Positions 51,037 through 61,550 of a stretch of DNA of 64,000 nucleotides are shown here, piece by piece. Made by a program: the position numbers and the translations under genes. Each line of letters starts with the position of its first letter. The first letter of the stretch is position 1. The stretch is from Macrostomum hystrix (lineage: Eukaryota; Animalia; Platyhelminthes). The stretch lies in contig CATNEN010000039.1 in assembly GCA_950097015.1 (NCBI GenBank), positions 20,708,001 through 20,772,000 of the forward strand, given 5' to 3'. Under the pieces are notes generated by a model. It saw nothing but the letters and a program-made list of their open reading frames with translations. It made no database searches and was not told the DNA's origin.

Positions 51037-51467
51037 TGTTGCGTGGCGCCATAGTCTATGGTCTTTCGCATGCAACAATATAACAAACACTTGTGTACAG
51101 GCACATTCTAGAAAGCAATAGTTAAAGTCGGGTAAATGTCAGCTTTTTTCAAACAAAACTGATCCATTTGAGTCACGTGAAACAGCTGTCACTGGTGTTA
51201 GTATGTTACTGGTGTTACTGGTGTTACTGGTGTTAGAACTTTAGCAAGTGATGATTGAAGCGTAAATGATTCGTTTTTTACGCAAACGAAAAGCTACCAC
51301 ATTGCAAAGATTATAAATACCCATTATGAATGGGTATTTATAATCTTTGCCACATTGCGTGATATGAATAGGGTTGGGCCATAGACTAAAAACCACTAGA
51401 ATGTAGCGACGAAAGAAAGAGAAGAAGCGGGTAAGAGAGAAATAGAGGGTTAAAGCGAGATGACAGT

Positions 51468-52050
51468 GGTGAGAGGAGAAGAGGGGATAGGAGAAGAGGG
51501 GAGAGGAGAAGAGGGGAGAGGAGAAGAGGGGAGAGGAGAAGAGGGGAGAGGAGAAGAGGGGAGAGGAGAAGAGGGAGAGGAGAAGAGGGGAGAGGAGAAG
51601 AGGGGAGAGGAGAAGAGGGGAGAGGAGAAGAGGGGAGAGGAGAAGAGGGGATAGGAGAAGAGGGGAGAGGAGAAGAGGGGAGAGGAGAAGAGGGGAGAGG
51701 AGAAGAGGGGAGAGGAGAAGAGGGGAGAGGAGACGAGGGGAGAGGAGAAGAGGGGATAGGAGAAGAGGGGATAGGAGAAGAGGGGATAGGAGAAGAGGGG
51801 AGAGGAGAAGAGGGGAGAGGAGAAGAGGGGAGAGGAGAAGAGGGGAGAGGAGAAGAGGGGAGAGGAGAAGAGGGGAGAGGAGAAGAGGGGAGAGGAGAAG
51901 AGGGGAGAGGAGAAGAAGGGAGAGGAGAAGAGGGGAGAGGAGAAGAGGGGAGAGGAGACGAGAGGAGCAAAGAAGAGGGAGAGGAGAAGTGGGGAGAGAA
52001 GAAGAGGGAGAGTAGAAGAGGGGAACAAAGAAGAGAGAGAGGATAAGAAG
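51468..52050. repeat. 15-bp polypurine repeat (AGAGGGGAGAGGAGA)
   Basis: About 33 copies, almost pure purine on the + strand. Confidence 0.97.
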
Positions 52051-52556
52051 AAAAAGATGAATAGTGCACTTCTCATCCATGCATTTTGCAGTCAATTTGA
52101 ACGGCTACTAGTTCTAGTTGTGTGAGATTTTTTTGCTGAAGAGCTATGTTTAAGTTTAGAAAGAAGGTACAACCCGATAATAAATTTAGCCGCATACAAC
52201 ACCCAAGCACCAGGCAGTACCGTGTGTCAGTCAGAAAATGCTGCCGCAACGCAATTAAACAATGACTAGGTATTTCCTAGTTCTATTTTTAGATTGCACG
52301 TCAGGGGCAATATATAGAAACGCGTACATTTATATAGGCACAAATTAAGTTACAAAAATCCCAAGCGTCTACTTAAAGTAAAAGCATAACAATTTTGTCT
52401 TGAGAAGATTTTTTGAAGGATTATGGCGTTATTAAATTTATAACTGCATTAAAATATTTGCAAAGGAAAATCAATTAAGTATGCTAGTTTCTCGAGAACC
52501 AGCAAATTTATGCTTAGTATAAATTAATATTACAGATAGTTAATATTTTTAAAGCG

Positions 52557-53015
52557 CTGACCCGACCTGACACTCAATGACCCAGCATGATCCAGCATAA
52601 CCCGACCTGACCCAGCATGACCTGCTGACCCGACCTGACACTCAATGACCCAGCATGATCCAGCATAACCCGACCTGACCCAGCATGACCTGCTGACCCG
52701 ACCTGACACTGAATGACCCAGCATGATCCAGCATAACCCGACCTGACCCAGCATGACCTGCTGACCCGACCTAACCCAGAATGACCCAGCATGACCCGAC
52801 CTGAACCAGCATGACCCAGCATGACCTGCTGACCTGACCCAGCATGATCTGCTGACCCGACCTGACCCAGAATGACCCAGCATGATCCAGCATGACCCGA
52901 CCTGACCCAGCATGACCCAGCATGACCTGCTGACCCAGCATGACCTAAACTGACACCCGCATGACCCAGCATGACCTAAACTGACCAAGCATGACCCAGA
53001 GTAACCAGCTGACCC
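52557..53015. repeat. Complex repeat built from GACCCAGCAT / CCGACCT modules
   Basis: Reiterated 10-mers with ~69-bp higher-order units. Confidence 0.92.
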
Positions 53016-53085
53016 AAACGTACCGTAATGGGTGACTGACCCAGTGTTCTTTGGGAATCGGAAAAATCACAAAGGCAGGTCTAGG

Positions 53086-54951
53086 TCACACGTGGTGTAC
53101 AGTGGACCGCGTTAGAGGATCGACGCTCAACCGCCCCCTAATCGCCGATCGCCGATCGCTGAGCAAGTAGACGCTGGAGGATCCCGGATTCATCACTACG
53201 CGAAACGGCTCTTCCGTTAAAGACGAGTGCTGCCCCGGCGCTGTAGCCGGCATCGCGTCGGAGCTATAAAGACGACGCACCTCCGGGGACCTCGGTATGC
53301 AGACCGAGCCGCCAAATTTGTCCAGGATGTACCGGACCCGGTCCTCGGTGGTGTCAATCTGGTTGATGAGGTGCAGACTGGCAGACCGGAGGCCCAGGAG
53401 GAATATGAAGATACCACAGAGTGCAAGGCCGTAGTTGTAGCCTGCCGAGGCGCCCATGTTACTAAGAGAAATTTGTACGAATAAAACATGCTTAAAAGAG
53501 CTTTGATTCTATCCCACTGATCCCTGGTCTAATACTGTCCTAACAACCCTAATCCTAGCCTACCAACCCTAATCCTAGCCTACCAACCCTAATCCTAGCC
53601 TACCAACCCTAATCCTAGCCTACCAACCCTAATCCTAGCCTACCAACCCTAATCCTATACTAACAACCCTAATCCTAGCCTACCAACCCTAATCCTAGCC
53701 TACCAACCCTAATCCTATACTAACAACCCTAATCCTAGCCTACCAACCCTAATCCTAGCCTACCAACCCTAATCCTAGCCTACCAACCCTAATCCTAGCC
53801 TACCAACCCTAATCCTATACTAACAACCCTAATCCTAGCCTACCAACCCTAATCCTAGCCTACCAACCCTAATCCTATACTAACAACCCTAATCCTAGCC
53901 TACCAACCCTAATCCTAGCCTACCAACCCTAATCCTAGCCTACCAACCCTAATCCTAGCCTACCAACCCTAATCCTAGCCTACCAACCCTAATCCTATCC
54001 TACCAACCCTAATCCTACCCTACCAACCCTAATCCTATCCTACCAACCCTAATCCTAGCCTACGAACCCTAATCCTATACTAGCAACCCTAATCCTATCC
54101 TACCAACCCTAATCCTATCCTACCAACCCTAATCCTATCCTACCAACCCTAATCCTAGCCTACGAACCCTAATCCTATACTAGCAACCCTAATCCTATCC
54201 TACCAACCCTAATACTAGCCTACCAACCCTAATCCTAGCCTACCAACCCTAATCCTAGCTAGCTACCAACCCTAATCCTATCCTACCAACCCTAATCCTA
54301 GCCTACCAACCCTAATCCTAGCCTACCAACACTAATCCTAGCCTACCAACACTAATCCTAGCCTACAAACCCTAATCCTAGCCTACGAACCCTAATCCTA
54401 TACTAGCAACCCTAATCCTATCCTAGCAACCCTAATCCTATCCTACCAACCCTAATCCTAGCCTACCAACCCTAATCCAAGCCTACCAACACTAATCCTA
54501 GCCTACCAGCCCTAATCCTATACTAGCAACCCTGATCCTAGCCTACCAACCCTAATCCTATCCAACCAACCCTAATCCCACCTTAATCCCACCCTAAATC
54601 CTACCCAGTGCCGGAGAAGTATGCAGTGAAGCCGCAGCCGAGAGGCAACAGTGCGGTCAGCATAACCAGAGTGTCGCACAGCAGGGGGCTGCCAAATCTT
54701 GGATCTTTAAGCATCTCCCGCTGCAGTAAGCTCTCTTCGGCCAGTAGGGTGTTGATCTCTCCTTTCACGGAGCTGAGTGGCCTCGTTCTATACTGCTCAG
54801 CGGCGATGCGACCGAGCGAGCTAATCAGCCTCTGTTGCTGATGGTTTTTCGATAGGGCGGCAGTATTGTTGGCATTTCTGCGCAGGTCATGCGGCGGGGC
54901 GCTGAAGCGTCTTGGACGAAATATGTCGCCTGATAATCTTCGCGATGACAT
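53086..54951 (-). CDS. Hypothetical membrane protein with two predicted TM helices, ~240 aa, 2 exons
   Basis: Exons 54951-54605 and 53461-53086 join in phase (GG|T). Hydrophobic segments LVMLTALLPLGCGFTAYF and YGLALCGIFIFLLGL. No family recognised. Confidence 0.72.
53535..54600. repeat. 20-bp intronic minisatellite containing a telomere-like motif (AACCCTAATCCTAGCCTACC)
   Basis: About 52 copies filling intron 53462-54604. Confidence 0.97.
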
Positions 54952-55330
54952 TTCTGAGAACCTGACAAATCTATTGTTTTAGGATTTGTGGCCTAATAAA
55001 ACTCAAATAGTAATCCCTAATATATAATAGTCTAACATTGGCATTAACTTCGTAAGGGTAGGGAAGGGACGGGATGAATAGTCTATGGCATTTTTATACA
55101 ATAGCACACATTCGAGGAGTTCTCAATTCTAGTATCTAAAAGTTATTCGAGTGTATATTTAGATTTAGTAGATTTGTCCTTATCTTACTCTCATGGAAAT
55201 TCAGACGAAGCATATGCCTTACTACCATAGACATATTTATTCTACCAAAGGTATCGTAGCAGCCTAAAATTAAGAGTTTAGCAACTTTAGTTCAAGTGGT
55301 AGTGTCATTAATTTGTTTTCAAATCAAGCA

Positions 55331-57853
55331 ATGACGTCTAAAGGCAAACCGGACTACATCAAAGCCGAGTTGATTCAGCGCAAGACAATCAAAATGCCGG
55401 ACATCTCCGGCCTGACAGTCGACAGGGCATCCGACGAGACTGGCAGCTTTGTCAAGTCCGACATGGACAGATTAAAAGTGCACAAAGTGCTGTCCCGCCT
55501 GCGACCGTTTAGTCAACGCAGCCAGGAAGAAATCATGGAGTTTATCTGCTACATGTTCGAGCAAACAGTGAGCCAGTTAGACCTTCAGAGTGAATCTGCC
55601 GAATTAAGAGGGAATCGGCTTAAGGATTATTAGGAATCTGCTGAATGATCAGAGGGAATCTGCTGAAGGATCAGAGGGAATCTGCTGAAGGATCAGAGGG
55701 AATCTGCTGAAGGATCATAGGGAATCCACCGAAAGATCATAGCGATCTGCTGAATGATCAGAGGGAAATGTTGAAGAATCTGAAGGATCAGAGGGAGTTT
55801 GGGAATCTGTTTAAGAATCAGAGAAAATCTGCCGAATATAGAGAGGTCAGTTCAGGACTATGGGTAGCAGTCGAATAAGAGTGGAGGAACCGCCCCCCCT
55901 CGCCATTAGGTCAGCTCCAACGAGACCGTCTGCCAACCGACGGAGCGCAATCGCTGCTTCTACTTCGTGGCCAGCGGCCAGCTGCTGCACAGGCAGTCAG
56001 GCACCGGTGCCAGTCAGGGCAAGATGCTCGAGCGCCGCTTGACAGAGCTGGACTGCTGGGGCCTCGAATGCCTCTGCACCGGTCAAGACCAGCGAATCAG
56101 CGTTACGGCCTGTTCGTCTTGCCGACTGTTCGTCCTGACATCGCGAAGATTCTACTGGCTGTGCCAGATGTCGGCGCGAAGGACGCACAAGTTGCTGCTG
56201 GAGACCGTTGCCGGGCTGTCCAATCAGCTGAATAGTGTGCAGCTCGCGCTGGGACTACCTGACGTACCAACTAACAGTGAGCACATCTAAGCACACATGA
56301 GTACACCTGAGCATATATAAGCTACACATCTCTGCACATCTGAGCATATATGAGCCCATATGATCACATACGAGCGTATGAGCACAGCTGAGCATATATG
56401 AGCACAGCTGAACTAACTCGAAAAGCCAAATTGCTGAATTTGCAATTAGCCACTGACAAATCACAACCCAGTCACCTGAACCTCTGACTAAGCTAGAATC
56501 GCACGAAACTCTGACTGAAATGCTAAAAAATACCAACTAATTATAAATAGCTTGTAACCGCACTAAACAATGGTTTGCTAAATCAGACGTTCAAGTGGCC
56601 AGAGAAGAGTCACAGCTGCACGTGATGCAAGATCTGCCACAAGAGCCGGAACGGCCAGAGCAGCAGCAGCAGCAGCAGCAGCCAACGCAGCTGGCTTTGC
56701 AGCCAACGAAAAGCAACATTAAGCGCCTACTGAAGGCGGCCAATCTTCAGCTACTTAACGGCCTGCTTTATTCGATCCGCCAGCTCGAGATGCCGGCGCA
56801 TCGACAAGACAAAAGCGAGCAAAGCGTAATGATCTCGTCCAGCAGCAGCCAACCAATGATTTTGTACTGTCTGTCTGGCGTTGTCAATCTAGTGTTGGAT
56901 CAGTCCAACGATATCATCAACTCCGTCATGGAACAAAATGCAATCCTCAGCGCTGGCCAGACATTCGAGATTGCAGGTGAGAGCAGCAGGTTTGCTGCAA
57001 TTCTCTGATATTTTAGAAGATTCTCAGACTCGGGCTGGTTTGGGCCGATTCGCGAAATTATTTATCACGATTCTCCGATTTTAAGTAGCAGAATCCGATA
57101 GGTGAATTTCTCAGTAGGAGATAAGACATTTAATAAATATTCTTTTGAACTTGGGACGATTCTTTAATGCTTGGGACGATTCTCGGACACTTTGGACGAT
57201 TCTCGGATATTTGTTAAGATTGTCGGACACTTAGGACGGTTCTCGGACATTTGGTAAGATTAGCGGACACTTGGGACGATTCTCAGATATTTGGGAAGAT
57301 TGTCAGACACTTGGGACGATTCTCGGATATTTGTTAAGATTGTCGGACACTTAGGACGATTCTCGGACATTTGGTAAGATTAGCGGACACTTGGGACGAT
57401 TCTCAGATATTTGGGAAGATTGTCAGACACTTTGGACGATTCTTGGACATTTGGGAAGATTCTCGGACATTTGGAAAGATTCTCGGACACTTGGGACGAT
57501 TCTCGGACACTTGGGACGATTCTCGGACATTTTGGAAGATTCTCAGACACTTGGGACGATTCTCGGAGATTTTGGAAGACTCTCCTAGATAATAGGGACG
57601 GTTTTCGTAAAATTGTAGCAATGTTGATAACTCGAGTAAGCTTTCAATCTGGAAATATTCAATCTATTGGAAAAAATTCTACCCATCGGCATAGAGACAA
57701 ACTGCGAAATCTGTCATCACCTCAAATGCTGCAGCTAAAGAAAAATGGAAGCTGACCAACGGATCATCCACACAGAAGCAGCACCAGAAGATAATTGTCT
57801 ACCTGATCGACCCAGGTCCAATGGAAAGAAGCTCCGACAGTTATATAGTCTAA
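55331..57853 (+). CDS. Hypothetical protein with a degenerate cyclic-nucleotide-binding-like domain and a C-terminal cupin-like region, ~370 aa, 4 exons
   Basis: Exons 55331-55567, 55910-56276, 56587-56976, 57735-57853 join in frame. LSRLRPFS…ETVCQPTERNRCFYFVASGQL…DCWGLECL…SVTACSSCRLFVLTSRRF follows the CNBD pattern; ILYCLSGVV…LSAGQTFEI…WKLTN follows a cupin pattern. Confidence 0.72.
55630..55845. repeat. 22-bp degenerate intronic repeat (AGAGGGAATCTGCTGAAGGATC)
   Basis: About 8 copies. Confidence 0.85.
57150..57580. repeat. 20-bp intronic minisatellite (TTGGGACGATTCTCGGACAC)
   Basis: About 21 copies. Confidence 0.93.
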
Positions 57854-57960
57854 AATTTCTGACAACCAACAACCAGAAGGACAGAGGTTCGATTCGTAGC
57901 CTTTTGAAATGAATTAAAAGTTGATTATTATAACAAAAAACAATTCGCTTAATTGTTAAA

Positions 57961-58090
57961 CAAGGACCACTAGAAGAAGAAGGACGGGACACTTAATTCC
58001 TAGGAAAATTCATTAAAGGCAGATTATCACAGAAAAATTCTACATTTCTTTCCAAGGAAAGAGTGTCCTGTCCTCTTGTAGTGGTCCTTG
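57961..58090. mobile_element. Small fold-back / MITE-like inverted repeat between convergent genes
   Basis: caaggaccacta…aggacgggacact pairs with agtgtcctgtcct…tagtggtccttg. Confidence 0.6.
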
Positions 58091-58188
58091 ATGTTAAACT
58101 GCGCACTGTTAATCAAAAAAAGTTTCTGCATATACTTCAGTTTTTTGTCTCGATTTAAATTTTTCTTCAGATACTAACAGTAGCCAGT

Positions 58189-59502
58189 TTAGTACAGTTC
58201 GGGCCTTTGCTGGCTCCTTAGTGGTATATTTTGGCGCACAGTTTCACACCTGGCCGGATCGATTTCAACTAACACGTGGCCCTCATCTGGGCCGCAGTCG
58301 GCAAGCACTGAGCCCCAAGGATCTACTGCAAGACTGTGGCCGTAAGCCACGTAGCCGCCTGATTGTGGATCACTGGCTGGCGAGCACAGCGCGGTGAATA
58401 GCTGGTTCTGGACAGCGGTGGCTCTGGCCAGCAGTTCCCAATGCGCCGGTCCCGTGGTGGTGTTAAAAGCGCCGGGGTAGACCAGCAGGTCGCAGCCGAG
58501 CTCGGCTAGTCGGGCTGACATTCTTGGAAATCTGATGTCGTAGCAGATGCCCAGGCCGATCTTGGCGAATGGAGTCTGCCACACCTGCGCGGGAGTGCGA
58601 TTAGTGAGAGCGGATGAGATTAGGGGTTGGTGGACAGCCGGATTAACTTAGGTTAACTAAGTTAACTAAGTTCCTAGGGAATTCAGTTGAGATTAGGGGA
58701 TTAGGGTGTACATAGATTCGTGTATAGATTCTTGGGGGGATTAAGGAGTGAATATAGGGATTCAAGAGTGAATAGGGATTAAGGAATTAATATAGGGATT
58801 AAGGAATGAATATAGGGATTAAGGAATGAATATAGGGATTAAGGAATGAATATAGGGATTAAGGAGTGAATATAGGGATTCAAGAGTGAATAGGGGTTAA
58901 GGAGTAAAAAGGGATTAAGGAGTGAATAGGGATTAAGGTGAGGAGAGTTAGAAAATTAAGGTGTGTTAGCGGATTGAGATTTGGATGTGTGTAGATTTGT
59001 ATCAAGGCTTAAATGTAGATTCGGAGATGGGGAAGTAGAAAGATCAGGTGAGACTCTACCCCACCTGCAGCCGGTCCCCAGCGGTGAGTGTGTCGGACTC
59101 CTTGAATCGAATCCTGCCGGGAACGTCAATGTCGAACAGGTGGCACTTGCGGTAGACGCAGGCCACCCCACCGGTGGGCTCAAAGCAGACGCAGGTGTTG
59201 TAAAGCCGGTCGTCCGACGCTCTCTCTGGCACGGAGCCACCGATTAGGTGTACGCCAGTCTCCTTAGCAACGGTTGCTAGGCTAACGCATGTGGGACCGT
59301 CTGGCACAGGCTCCGCGTAGGCTGGGAAGTGTTCATTGCCGTAGGGCGAGTTGAAAACCTCCGGCAGGCAGACGAGATCAGCGCCGGCTCGGGCAGCGGC
59401 ACGAATCATGTCGAGGGCTCGAGCGACATTCTCGGCTTTGTCGGCTCCAACGCGCAGTTGAAGAAGCGCCAATTTGAAGGCTCGACGACCGGTTGAAGTC
59501 AT
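58189..59502 (-). CDS. NIT2: Omega-amidase NIT2 (nitrilase superfamily), 277 aa, 2 exons
   Basis: Exons 59502-59065 and 58584-58189. Catalytic triad in LPEVFNSPYG, YRKCHLFDIDVPG and GICYDIRF; PGAFNTTTGPAHWELL. Confidence 0.93.
58738..58940. repeat. 20-bp intronic repeat (AAGGAATGAATATAGGGATT)
   Basis: About 10 copies in the NIT2 intron. Confidence 0.9.
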
Positions 59503-59534
59503 GGCTAGGAAACGCGTGGAGGGCTGGTGATTGA

Positions 59535-59995
59535 AATTTCACTCAGTGGATAACTCAGAATGACACTCTTGGGATAACTGTAAATGTCACTCAGTTGGGA
59601 TAACTCAAAATGGCACTCTTGGGATAACTGAAAATGTCACTCAGTGGATAACTCAGAATGGCATGGCACTCTTGGGATAACTGAAAATGTCACTCAGTGG
59701 ATAACTCAGAATGGCATGGCACTCTTGGGATAACTGAAAATGTCACTCAGTGGATAACTCAGAATGGCATGGCACTCTTGGGATAACTGAAAATGTCACT
59801 CTGTGGATAACTCAGAATGGCACTCTTGGGATAACTCGTTATACACAGAATGGCACTCTTAGGATAACTCTAGGGTAAACAGGAAATTTCACTCTTGGGA
59901 TAACTCAGAATGGCACTATAGAAAACTAGAAATGTCTCTCAGAAAAACTGGAAATGTCACTCTTAGTATAACTAAAAATGTCACTCAAGGGATAG
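59535..59995. repeat. ~25-55-bp degenerate repeat (CACTCTTGGGATAACT) upstream of NIT2
   Basis: Reiterated ggataactcagaatggcactctt modules. Confidence 0.88.
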
Positions 59996-60399
59996 CGCAG
60001 TGGAAATCAGAATTTCGAGCTGAAACCCTTTGAGTTCGGATGTGTTTAATGTACCAGAAAGGATCGAATTTGCCCGAATAGTCCATAAAACTTTATATCT
60101 AGTTTGTGTTGTAACTATAAAGAACCATTAAAAACTAACTCATTGGATTATTTTAGTTTAGCTGTGTCAGCCAATGAACATACTGTGCTGATCATGTATT
60201 TTTAGGTTTAAGGTAGCGTTTAAAAACTACTTGTAAACCATATTTAAACCTCATTTTTCACAAAAATGTGCTTTAACCCAACAATTTAAAAGAGAACTTT
60301 TAAGTGACAGACATCGAAAGAAATAATTGAGAAAACATAGAATTTTGAAATGCAAGCAAATAACTATTTTGCATTAAGATTATTACATATTCATAAATT

Positions 60400-61428
60400 A
60401 TCTGGTAGAATGACTGCTACTAAGCATGAGGGATCTCGTAGAGTGTCTGTTGCTAAGCATAGGGGATCTGGTGGAGTGTCTGTTGCTAAGCATAGGGGAT
60501 CTGGTGGAGTGTCTGTTGCTAAGCATTTGGGATCTGGTGGAGTGTCTGTTGCTAAGCATGCGTGATCTGGTGGAGTGTCTGTTGCTAAGCATAGGGGATC
60601 TGGTGGAGTGTCTGTTGCTAAGCATAGGGGATCTGACGAAGTGTCTGTTGCTAAGCATGGGGGATCTGGTGGAGTGTCTGTTGCTAAGCATGCGTGATCT
60701 GGTGGAGTGTCTGTTGCTAAGCATAGGGGATCTGACGAGTGTCTGTTGCTAAGCATTTGGGATCTGGTGGAGTGTCTGTTGCTAAGCATGCGTGATCTGG
60801 TGGAGTGTCTGTTGCTAAGCATGCGTGATCTGGTGGAGTGTCTGTTGCTAAGCATAGGGGATCTGACGAGTGTCTGTTGCTAAGCATAGGGGATCTGGTG
60901 GAGTGTCTGTTGCTAAGCATGGGGGATCTGGTGGAGTGTCTGTTGCTAAGCATAGGGGATCTGGTGGAGTGTCTGTTGCTAAACATAGGGGATCTGGTGG
61001 AGTGTCTGTTGCTAAGCATGCGTGATCTGGTGGAGTGTCTGTTGCTAAGCATAGGGGATCTGACGAGTGTCTGTTGCTAAGCATAGGGGATCTGGTGGAG
61101 TGTCTGTTGCTAAGCATGGGGGATCTGGTGGAGTGTCTGTTGCTAAGCATAGGGGATCTGGTGGAGTGTCTGTTGCTAAGCATAGGGGATCTGGTGGAGT
61201 GTCTGTTGCTAAGCATGGGGGATCTGGTGGAGTGTCTGTTGCTAAGCATAGGGGATCTGACGAAGTGTCTGTTGCTAAGCATGGGGGATCTGGTGGAGTG
61301 TCTGTTGCTAAGCATGCGGGATCTGGTGGAGTGTCTGTTGCTAAGCATGCGGGATCTGGTGGAGTGTCTGTTGCTAAGCATAGGGGATCTGGTGGAGTGT
61401 CCGTTGCTAAACATGGGGGGATCTGGTA
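60400..61428. repeat. 33-bp intergenic minisatellite (GGATCTGGTGGAGTGTCTGTTGCTAAGCATAGG)
   Basis: About 31 copies. Confidence 0.97.
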
Positions 61429-61550
61429 GTGACTATTTAAAACTGAAACACGAACAAGTTTTTACTATAAGCCACTCAGTATATGCTATGTTTCGTTTGC
61501 ATAGGCAAGTTCTTTATGCATCAAGCATTATGTAATAATCCAGCAGTTGA

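Noticed and set aside
51241-52095. Leu/Ser/Pro-rich ORFs
   Set aside because: Translation of a polypyrimidine repeat; open in all three frames.
53535-54600. True telomere or chromosome fusion site
   Set aside because: TTAGGG occurs once per 20-bp unit, not as tandem hexamers, and the array lies inside an intron.
60350-61535. ORFs and CRISPR-like periodicity of the 33-bp array
   Set aside because: Head-to-tail units with no unique spacers, no cas genes, eukaryotic context. The same applies to the other arrays.
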